Below, piece after piece: positions 25,026-36,029 of a DNA stretch of 64,000 bases (its first letter is position 1; each line of letters begins with the position of its first letter). Source of the DNA: Halocafeteria seosinensis (lineage: Eukaryota); the NCBI GenBank assembly GCA_001687465.1, contig LVLI01000005.1, positions 248,001 to 312,000 of the forward strand. The letters run 5' to 3'. The position numbers and the translations under genes were made by a program. The notes below the pieces were generated by a model that was not told the origin of the DNA, ran no database searches, and was given only the letters and a program-made list of their open reading frames with translations.

Positions 25026-27967
25026 ATGAGTGCACGCTGTGAAAGTTGCGTGAACAAGGACTTGCCACCGCATCCGTCGGACAAGAACTTTGCTGTGGCA
25101 CTAACCCTCATTGCGATACACTTAATTGTCTGTGCCACTGGTGCTTTGGTAGTGCTTAAGCGGCAGCACCGAAGCCCACTGAGAAATAGGCAAATCACAC
25201 TCGTTTTATGCTCCAATGCCCTGAGCCTAATTGGTATAACAGGTAAGCAACCGGCAACCGGGTCCTTGCCCTTCGAAAGCTCATAACAGAATAATAACGA
25301 ATTTGTTTGAGTGCCAACCACAGCTTTTCTAAGTGATATAATCGGATGGGTGAGTACTGTATAGCGTTAACCGACTCTGCGGTCCGTGCGTAAACTTTTA
25401 CTCTATCCGTACAGGCGAACTATCCTTGCTTACTGTCGCTTTTTGTTCGGGCTTACGCCGTTCCGATGGCATTCGCACCGTTATTGCTGAACTTGCTCAG
25501 GATAAACCTGTTGAAGCATATCCAAACTTGTGCGGGCGTGCTGGGAAGTTCGGCTACCCGACCACACAACACGATGACAATGACGAAGGGTGGCAGTCGA
25601 ACTTCCCACGAGAACTCAGATTCATTAAGAGCGTTTGCCTACACCGCAGCTCACTCACCGAGAAAGACTGTTTCCCACGGTTATAACTCGTATGAAGATC
25701 AAGGAAAGCCTGCAAGTACCAATGTGCCAACAATTGTCATTTCTGCAGCAGGAAGAAGTACTCAGCAGCAATACTATCACCCTAGAATGGAGCCTGTCCA
25801 GCTGTTTTCAACCATTACGGAGGAAGAGCAGGAAGAGATGGGCGGCAGTGGCTATCCTTTCGGTGTATCTGAAGATATTGAAGGTGACCAAGACGTGTCA
25901 AGAACTTCCTTTTCGAACACTTCTGACACGCCTACCCGTGAACTGACCTTTGCGTCTCAGCCGACACGAAGTAGATATGAACTTCCTTTGTTTCTTTCAG
26001 GGAAGTCCGTCTCTATGTACGTTAGAAGTAAACCTTCCCAGCACCCCCTCCGCGCCGTTGGTACAGAAGGCGACTTGAAAAATATAGTGCCTTCACGAAA
26101 ATTTTCTCAAAGCTCCATGCTTCGAGAGGAGACCACGGACAGTACCTTAACTCGAGATGTTGAGCAAGATACCCGCATTGAAACGCGGTTGAGGGTTCTT
26201 AGATTCTTCTTGTCATGGAAGGGTCAAACAGTTATTGCCACGTTTATTTTGTTGGTTCCTGTGCTGTATATTGTTCCAACTCTTCTACTACGACCTGAAT
26301 ACCAGCAGGGGCGGCGAGGATGCAATCTAGAAAACGATCTCGAGCAATCCACTCTGCTGGGAGTGTATCTGTTGTTTATTTTTGCTCTTCTCCATCAGAG
26401 ATGGCAATTACGAAGCCTTGGCAACCTCTTCTCCATGCGAACGTACGTCATCCCAGTGCCTCATTGTTGTGCGGAATAATGTAAAATGGTTGCTTCCATG
26501 CTGCATCCATCCTGCAGGGAAATGAACTTCTTCACTGTAGGAACACTTGCACTTTTACTCGTGTTCTTGTTGTATCAGGAAAACGTGAACGAATTTGACA
26601 CAATGAATTCAGGAATTTTCGGTTGGATTGTGTGGATATGGGTTGTTGTAAGTAATGAATACGGATATCCTGTATGTACTTGACGGTGCACTCCTTGCGG
26701 CCTGACAATTGTTTGCACCCCAGTTCTGCACTAATCACCTTCCCGCGTTACTGACATACACGAGGCGGTTCCAAAGTTCATCGCCGAAGGCTAACAACAA
26801 AGCAGTTACTATTTCCCGCAGTGTAAGTTACTTGGGAGGCGGGGACGCTAATTATTGACTCATCGTTGTCTTCAATTCGGTTGGTAGCAGACATTGACTA
26901 GGGCGAAGCAATACGCAAGCGACCGCTACTTGAATGTTTCAAGAAAATGTGTCCCGTTGCTTAAACAGAAGTTATCTGAGTTAAAGTGCCGACAGGGAGG
27001 TAGATCCCGGGATAACAAGAAAGCCTCGGTGAAGTATAGCGAAAGGGTCATTCATCTAAACCTTGAGAACATAATGGAAATTCCTTCCACTCAAGAGCTT
27101 TTTGTTGAGCACCTAAAACATGAATTCTCCGTAGAGAACTACCTATTCTGGGTAGAGGCTGACTTACAACGATGGGTAAACGACCAAGTAATTGTTTCTC
27201 ATGCGCGCAGTTTCACCAATTTTGTCACTGATAGTGTGGTTAACCACACTAGTGCTACGGACAAAAGTAAACGTACAATCACTACTCACGATGAAAGCGG
27301 TCCTCGGCCGATGACCAATGTGACACCACCTCAGACGGACAAATTGTTCGAGAAACGTGGCCCGCAGTCTCCAGGATCGGAACATGCGTCGGTCGGAACC
27401 GGAAATAGTGACAAAACAGCAACATTGAATTCCCCGTCATATGACGAAATCTTGGCTCATGCGAGAGATATCTATTTTAAATATATTCATAAGGACGCTG
27501 TGCTTCAGATTAATATATCTGGAGAGATGGCAAAAGTTCTCACAAAACGATTGTTGGAGACCCATAAAACTACTGAAGAACTGAACGAACCCACAGGGAA
27601 CGCGAAACCTAAACCAAAATCATTGAAAAGAGGCAAGACTGTAATCATGAAGGCCCCCAGTAAGGCCCAGATATTGCCCGTAAGCGGTGAGCTTCTCAAG
27701 CAGCGTTCCGTGGAGGCAGACAGTGGTGCGAGTTCGAAAGGCGGTACCTCCGAGCACTCTATGAGCGCCAGTGAAGTAGCTCGGATTCAAGCTGACTTAA
27801 GGAGCCAGTTGATCTTCGTTTTTGATGAAGCACGGGAGGAGGTTTGGAAAATAATGGAACGTGATAGCTTTGAGAGGTTTAAAGGTACTCGCCACTTCCA
27901 GAGAGCTGTTGATATTTTCACTAGTCAGGCGATAAGTGATTATGATGGTGAGCTCGAGACTCCGTAG
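25026..27967 (+). CDS. Seven-transmembrane protein fused to a C-terminal RGS (regulator of G-protein signalling) domain
   Basis: About seven hydrophobic segments across exons 25026-26760. Then RGS motifs LENIMEIPSTQELFVEHLKHEFSVENYLFW, IYFKYIHKDAVLQINIS and VFDEAREEVWKIMERDSFERF in ORF 26894-27967. Confidence 0.85.
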
Positions 27968-28070
27968 CGATTGTCAGTCGGAATCATCTTCCGGTGATAC
28001 TCCCGCCTGTACAGCACTGCAATACACAGAGGACGTTTTCGATGTAACGGAATGCGCTTAGTTATACTAC

Positions 28071-29917
28071 TTACCTGCGGAGTAATGCAATAAGAATCAA
28101 TGTGTAGCAGATGTGAAATCCATCTGCGAAAGCAGTTTGAAGTGTCCAAAAAAACACAGCTTTGAACTCATTCGCGACCAGATGAAACCGGACTTCTTCT
28201 GCTTTCGCAGTGCAACCGGAATCTTCCAGCGAGCTCCAGAAAGAGTAGTGATCGTCAACAATCGATGCAAAAAAGATAGCTGCTATCAACTTTCCAATAC
28301 ATAGAAGCAATACCATCCATTGATTCAGTAGGTAGCGTACTAAGCATTGCAGGACTGATAGCCTTTGATCCTCTGGTATGATATGCCGTTGGCTGAATTT
28401 AGGTGCGATTTTGCCTCCCCTACAGCAAACAAGATCATTAGTAAGGATTTCCCGCAAAAGGTAGAAAGGCGCAATGAAACCAACAAGGGAGTTTAACGAA
28501 ATATTGAGAGCTATGAACAGTGTCCAAGTTGACTGCAACCCATCGTCCTCCAAATGGCTTCGTCGTTCTGCGAGATCGCCAATATCCACATGACACGAGT
28601 TGTGCCACGCAGGTTCTCTTCGGACGTATATGTGAAAAGTCTTCTCTGCTGTTTCGGCGAATTTTAACAACTTTTCACAAACAGTAAAACGGGTCGCCTT
28701 GAAACATATATCGTCCGTGTTTAGGCACTGATCGAAACCAAACGACATTCCCGTCCCGTCACTATCTGGATGACAGGTTCCCCCAGTGGGGTTGTTTGCT
28801 TCTGCGAGAAATGATTGCTTCAGTAACTGCTCTTCACTCTGGGCATCAATCTGTTCCCATCCAGTGTCTGTATGTTCGCAGGAGGTGTCATATGTGTTCC
28901 TGCCATTCTTTCCACGTTCTCTGTATGTCCTAAAACTGCTATCTGTGACACAGGGTCGTTCGAACCCAATACCGACCTTTATGATTGGAGCCAAATTTTC
29001 CTCGGACCTTCTCGATTTGGCCAGTACATATTGCGAATTCTTGGAGCGCGAGCTTGGTTCTAGTTCTTCGAAGCTGCATTCACAGCTTCGGCGTGAGTTA
29101 AATAGCCCCCATGCGCTACTTTTCTGACTTACCCCTCTTCCTCCTTCCTGCTATCGAACTCTTGGAGGGTCATTATGCGCAATTTTGTTAGAGGACAGGG
29201 CTCTCCAAGAGGCATGCAAGTTCCTCTCGCCTCTTGTGTTGCGTTTACGCCGCAAATTTTGAAACTGCAAGGACCAGATTCTAGTTTGCTCATATGAACT
29301 GCCTATGTCGTCATGAAGGCTTACCCTTGTGGGCACTTGCCATTGTTCGGTGTGGGTCTTGCTCGAACACTACCATCCGACGCAAGAAACAGGAATTGTC
29401 TGGAGTCTCCGCCTACGGCGTCACCGCATATTGCAGTTTCATTTCTCCACATAACAATGTCTCGTTCAGCGAAAATAACATCGTCCTCACAACCAGCACG
29501 GATCGCCGCTGGAGAGCAAGAGCTGGAATGACTGAAAAATGGGTGATCTTGTTCCGAAGCTGAAATGGGGCATACGCAAGGAGGTTCTTTCGAGCCCTGC
29601 AAGCATAGGAGACGGTAACTTGTTGACGAAGCGAGGTATAGTGGGGTGGCTTGAGAACATACAGGCCATTCAAAATGGGAAAATACCGAGTCACCTCCAC
29701 AACTCTCCAGACCTACATCAGCATCAGTAATTGAGGCGTCTGATACAGGTTTGGACTCCCACATGTCAAAGAGTTCCTGTATCCCTTCGCGCTCAGGCTC
29801 CCATTGCTTTATACGTGTGAACGCTTTCCACACTGAAACGACAGACCACGCGGTAAGACCAAAGCAAATTAGCACGAGGAATATCAGAAACTGCGGACTC
29901 TTTGGGTTGCACGTCAT
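28071..29917 (-). CDS. Hypothetical multi-exon membrane protein
   Basis: ORF 29321-29917 has an N-terminal hydrophobic helix (FLIFLVLICFGLTAWSVV). ORF 28071-28994 has further hydrophobic segments. No family recognised, and the joining of the two ORFs is inferred. Confidence 0.5.
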
Positions 29918-30295
29918 CGTGTCCTTGATTCCCTTAGCATTCTATATGGGACGAGGTTGAACCAGGGCATGCTCTCTCCCGAGCAGTCGAATACTGGGTA
30001 CAACGGGGTATGTTTCCAGACTAGCCCATGTTTCTGCTTCAGTACCGTGTAAAAGAAAATAATTACCAATGTTCATAGTGATGCAATTTACTAACTGCTG
30101 CAATAGACAAGCCTTATCTACGTCTAGGTAATGATTTATGACCCGTAAGCCGTTAAGTGTGGTCGCACTACTTCAACGAGATCGAAGATCACGAATCGTC
30201 GATTTGGAATCGACCTAACACATTGACCAACGACGACTTCTTGAAAAAGACGCGTCCTTGCCAATACGTATATTCTTTGTTCCCAAACACGATGT

Positions 30296-31183
30296 CTACC
30301 CTAACGCAGTTACTTTTGCAACATCCCATGGTCCTTGTATTTCGCTGCAGTGTCACCCGATTTGGTCACTGACTAACCACGAAACGAGACGGTTGTATAG
30401 ACACGTACCTCTTATATTGCATAACGAACGTAAACCAGATTGGACAAACAATGCATATGAAGAACATTCCGGCGACATATAGGATACAAATAAGCGTCGA
30501 TTCCCTCCTAAGCAAGCAGAATGTCAACAAGGAAAGCAGTATCGACAAAGGCATTTTCACTTGGGGTAACTTCACTTCAATGAAGTCTAGAGCGACAGGT
30601 GCAAGTGCAAACACCTCAATAGCACACAAAGTGAAGAAGTACACATGCTGAACGCTTGGAAGCCTCGAAGCGAGCAGCACCGTAGCAAACATTCCAGCGT
30701 TTAGGGACAGGGCTCCATCAAAGCTGCAGAAATGATCGCTCCATTCATAGCATGGAAGTTTTGTAAACATCAAAAGAGAACTTACTGGTGAGAAAAAGAG
30801 GGGTTTTTGTAGTCGTGGAAAATCATGTGAATGGCGGAGAACAGTATAGTCAGAGCCCACATGGTATCGTCAGAAAACGACTGAGTTAGTGTCTGCAACA
30901 CTGGTGAGACCACTATCAACGCTGCAAGAAATATGATTCCTTGCCACGCAGCTTCCACTGCACCTTCAAAACTATCTGGATCCCAAAAAAATCACAACAC
31001 ATTGTTTAGGATGAATAGTCATCCAAAGCCCCGAACAGACATATTACGTACCGAACACTCTGAAGGCCGTAGGCAACAAGAGTACTACGACTATTGCAAA
31101 CAAGGCACAGACTAAATCGAGCACTATTAGGCTCATCACTTCCAGCGGTTGCAGGGTTTGGACATGAAGAAATACTACCTGCA

Positions 31184-31235
<52 letters not shown>

Positions 31236-31738
31236 TGAACGAGTGAAGCCGGGGTGAGCAAGGCTCAAATAAAAACAGCAGACGTACCAGCACTATGGCT
31301 AGAAGACTGATTTTGTTAATTATTGCTGTTGTACTCTTTATCATAGACCATAACCCATGATACTGTACGTTCGCTGCAGTTTAAACGATAATTGCCGTAA
31401 GAGAAGTCAACCAATTGCTACTGCTTATAATGTAACTCACCGTTGGTAACAAGGGAGGCGAGAAACGTATCGTCTAAATAGTCATCCGGATACCCTTGGT
31501 TTTCATATAACACTCGCCGCCACCGATTGCTTCTTTGAGCTTTCCCATTCCGATACGACCGCGGTTTGGCGTTTCGTGTTGCACTTTGATTCCTCAACCC
31601 CGGTTGATCACTTGCCTCAGAGGAATAGGGAGAGCTATATGGTTCGACGTCATTCAGAGATTCCGTGGTATCTTCTTCCGATGCCTCAAATCCGCCATCC
31701 TGTAATTTCGGCACGGTAGGTTGGCTTGACGCTTCCAT
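30296..31738 (-). CDS. PIGC: GPI-GlcNAc transferase subunit PIG-C/Gpi2
   Basis: WRRVLYENQGYPDDYLDDTFL at the N-terminus, LSLNAGMFATVLLASRL, and C-terminal EIQGPWD. Stop TAG at 30296-30298. Confidence 0.92.
31186..31231. repeat. (CA)n/(TG)n microsatellite, about 23 units, inside a PIG-C intron
   Basis: Perfect CA dinucleotide run seen directly; it lies just upstream of the minus-strand 3' splice AG at 31179-31180. Confidence 0.97.
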
Positions 31739-32319
31739 TGCGTCTCTGACGGTTCTATGCCATCCTGGAACGGCGCGAATCGCCTCTCTCAAGTAGCTGA
31801 AGGACTTGATACATCATATGCTCCCTCTTTTGGTATCTCTCAGCGGGCTAAACATAGCCTTACATCACGAAGGAACGTAGTTTATCATAGACTCTTCATT
31901 TCAACTGCCTGCTTTCATTATGTGCAGCAGCTTCGCCATTAAATTATGCCCCCACACCAATCCTGACGTAAACCAAAGTATTATGTTGACTCAGTAATGC
32001 GCTAGACAAATCAATTGAGATGTTGTATGATAGCTTGTATCACGGCACATCTGATGGCATGAATGTGCGCTAAAGGTACTCGACCCCTGCCTTCACCATT
32101 GAAGTTTGTTTTGAAAGCTGGACGCCAAAGTTTGTAAGTTATTGTAACGTGTATGCCCTTACCAAGTGAAGCTAAAATGGAACACGTCAATGTCAAAAGC
32201 AGATAGGTAAAGGGTTTATGGCGAAGTGTTAACCATTTATCGGGCGTAGCTGCACAATCATGTTGTACATCACTGTTAAACACTAACAGCTGTCAATGAC
32301 TGTCATTATTATGTTTCGG

Positions 32320-33426
32320 TTAGCAGCACTTCTTCTGGGATTTTTCGTTGCTAGTAACATCTAGAATATCATCATCCCGAGATTCATGAAGGGGTAACTT
32401 TCTTGCTGCATAAAATAGTTGCACAACGGTAAGAACGCACCTACGGCGCTCCACGACGAGTGATACATACCAATATCCGTGAAAAGCTCATTCACATTTT
32501 CCCCTGTCTTGGCTGAAACTTCTTTGAAGAGGATTCCCATTTTCTGAGCATACTCCATAGCTTCCTGAAAATAGAGTACAGGGAGGTGAATACCATGAAA
32601 GCAATGACGGTGAAACAACGAAAACGTACGTCGGTATGGACCTCTCGTTCCTCAGCCATATCGCTCTTGTTTCCAGCAAGGGCAATTATACAATTCTTGT
32701 CCCCTCGTCGCTGTAGTTCAGTTATCCATGATTTCGCGCCATCGAATGATTCCTGAGAAGAAGGATATTCAATGAAAACATAGCATTGGTTGGAGCAAAC
32801 GAGGGAGCGCAACTCACTTTGTTGGTTATGTCGTATACAACAATAGCTGCTCCTGCCCCCCGATAGTACATTGGTGCCAAACTCCTATACCGCTCTGTCT
32901 CAAATGATAGATATCCATCAGTAATGAAGAAGAATATGCTCACTTCTGTCGGCTACAAGGAGGCAAACAGACATGCTTCTGATCATAACCTACCTTGACC
33001 TGCTGTATCCCAAATCTGCAGAGAAATTTAATAACCCAAGCATCGCCCAATACCATTACTCAACTATACGGCTTGCTAAGTACACATGTAGACAATGAGC
33101 GTACCTCATATTTTACTGTCACATCATCAAGCGTGACGCTTTGTTGTAAGAAGGCAGCTGCAGATTGGAGAAGTCATACGGCAGTGCAGTATAAGTGCAT
33201 GCTCCTATAACTGGTTAGAGACGAACCTCCGATTGTCGGCTCCTGATAGTCGTACCATTCCTTCCGAACAAACTGAACCACAAGGCATGATTTGCCTGCA
33301 GCAATGATCCACGAATGCGGATGAAGTTGGATATCTGCTCTATCGAAATACCTCTCCGAGCCACTTACCTACTGATGTGTTGCCTAGCAACACCAGTTTA
33401 GTGTTTACAACATTCCTAGAAGCCAT
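32320..33426 (-). CDS. RAB5: Rab5-family small GTPase, copy A (8 exons)
   Basis: Spliced translation [79 protein letters not shown] and [10 protein letters not shown] are Rab5/Rab22-group signatures. Confidence 0.9.
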
Positions 33427-34090
33427 TCTAGCACTCGCTCTACACTGTGTTTGTGTGTACTAAAGAGTGAGACCCACCAATGCTCTAATTCGCCGTGTAA
33501 TGCACTCCTTCCAGTGTCCCTGCCGAGGAGTAGATGCGTACAATGATTATACTGGCCAAACGAATTGAAATGAGTTCAGACAAGCAAGATACCGGGGTAA
33601 AGCGGCTGAAAACACGATAAATCAATGAAAGTCCAGAACGCGCACTCTGTCCAAGCAAGTCCCCGCTTTCTTCTACGCAGTCTTCCCCTCGAGCAAAATT
33701 TTCAAACGCCGCAAAGCAATTATCCCCATCCACACAACAAACCGTGCGAAATGGTGTATTAATCACACACACAACACCAGCGTCATGAATGCTCGAGGAA
33801 TATTCACCGGGTGGCGGTTGAAGAACGGTTTCCGCACTTCTCGCCCATGGACGACAGTCTCTGAGTTGGAAGTTCTTGGAACAAGACCGTAGTTCCTCGC
33901 CTGAAAAAAAAAAAAAAGGAATTGCACATGCTCTGAAAGTTAGTGTCGATTCATTGCGTGACGCTATCTGTGGAAGAAAATTTGTCTATCTCTACCATGG
34001 AATCCTCTAACTTTAGATGATGCAGGATCGATCGTCCCACTCCGGTCGAACCGACGCTGGTGGTTCCTAGCTATAGTTGCGAGACCGACC

Positions 34091-35059
34091 TTATTTACAG
34101 CAAGAGCTTCCCCCTTGCTGTTGGCTGATATCCACCAGCGCTGAACGTTGCGGTTCCTTAGTTGGCATCTTCCGTGCGATTTCTTCGAATATAAGCTCAA
34201 CATTGATATCCTTTTTCGCCGATGTTTCTCGGAAAATGAGACCCTTGCTATCTGCGTACTCTTCAGCTTGCTGTACCCAAACATATTAGAAAAACAGAAC
34301 ACTGACTTTGGTGCGAGTTGTAGTCGTTACAGCATCCGACCTACCTCACGAGAGACTTGTCTTTCTCCCGGCAAGTCGCATTTGTTACCTGCCAAGGCTA
34401 TAACAGGAGTCCTCCCTGATTCTCTACCAGCATCTTGCTCTAAACGTGATACCCATTGCTTGGCATTATTGAAGGATTCCTGCGACGGTTGGAAATGAGG
34501 CTAGCAACGAAACGCGTGGAGTTCGCATACTTCATTTGCACTCTTACCATTGACTGAATCTGATAAACGACCACCACTGCTTCTGCGCCTCTATAATACA
34601 TTGGCGCTAAACTCTTATATCTTTCTGCAATTAATCAGGTAAAACAGGTCAGTGACGACAAGTGTAAACGGCACTAACTCTGCAACTCACCCTGCCCTGC
34701 CGTATCCCAGATCTGCAACACCGTTCCAGACACGCCAAACAACCGAAATAAGTATCAAGAGTTTACATTTCATCGCAAATAAGTTGATACGCATACCTCG
34801 AACTTTACTGTCATACTCTCCACACTAACACTCCTTTGACTAAACGCGGCTGCAGTTTACAAAGCAGGTATTTAACGTGTCATGCTATCTAGACATTGGC
34901 CGCAGACCTACCTCCTATGGTTGGGTCTGTTTTTTCTTTAAAACAATTTCGACAAAATCGATCGACTATACTTGATTTTCCAGTTCCCATGTCTCCCAAC
35001 AACACCAGTTTGTGCGTCTGTGTTTGCCGCCCTTGTCCGTACGGTGCTTGACTCGCCAT
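34091..35059 (-). CDS. Rab5-family small GTPase, copy B (6 exons; not evident in the ORF track)
   Basis: Spliced translation [130 protein letters not shown]. All introns GT-AG. Confidence 0.88.
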
Positions 35060-36029
35060 GGTTATCTATTCGCTTTACTGCACGAGCGACAACCTCTCCG
35101 AAAACTCTCCGTGTGTGCACTAGGAATCTTCCAAACGTGACAGTCTCCGTAATTATGCTAACTTCTGGGGATAACGGGAGTCCTCAGATCCAGTTCAACA
35201 TTGAATGAGTATGTTGGGAAGAATATAAGCACATGGACAATAATCTCCACAAGAGACAAAATGCGGTAACGGGCTCGTTTCCAATTTTCGGACCATACAC
35301 TAATAACACAATTGCACGCGACGAGCTCTTTATTAGCCAGAAGCCGGAGTACGTGTAATGTGTTTTAAGTGCCGCGCACTGCCGCTCCACGTACACGACA
35401 AACAAATGTGCGGGTTCACTTTTTTCTTTCCCTTTGTTTTTGTGTGGAGCAGGCTGGGGTGTCTCTCATGGAATACGGGTTGTCAGTGAATACAGCAGGC
35501 TATTTTTCTCTCTCTCTGATTCAAGAGAACAAACAATGGAGTAAGCATTCCTTTGTTTGGCATTCTTGTGGTTGGTTGGTTTGCGTCTGTGGAAGTGAGT
35601 AAGTCAAAAGGAATTCTGTCCGGAACCCACTTTGGGTCTTTTCTTGTCCAACATAATCTCTTTGTGCGTTCCGGAACGCTAAGTTCTGTGTTGTGGACGA
35701 AACTGTCCGCGGATTCACTGATCTAAGAAGGTAGTGTCGGTGTGCACGAGGGATCTTGGCGTTTTGAATGAGGGAGATAGTGAATCTGAAAGGCTCTCGA
35801 AATCCAGAAAACGACGATGTTTGGTCTCTCCTTGTTTAATTTTTCTGTTTTGTTTTTGGAAAGAAATTGTAGAATTTTAAATGGTGATCGGTTTTCTCGA
35901 TGGCAAGAGTAAAGTCCGTTTGATTTCTGCAAAGGCACTCAATCACCCTGTGTTGTCCCCTTGTTACAGATTCAAATTGAGCAAATCGGGCGATATTTTT
36001 TGGGATAGTTAGAGAGAAAGGAGGTCAAC

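Noticed and set aside
31006..31344. ORFs with CVCVCV repeats
   Set aside because: Artefact of translating the intronic (TG)n microsatellite.
32895..32993. Possible intronic box C/D snoRNA in a longer Rab intron (ATGATCA ... CTGA)
   Set aside because: Box C is imperfect, with no clear terminal stem and no recognisable rRNA guide.
33904..33917. A14 run between the two Rab genes (retroposon tail, or T14-CAG acceptor on the minus strand)
   Set aside because: No target-site duplication, retroelement body or convincing downstream exon.
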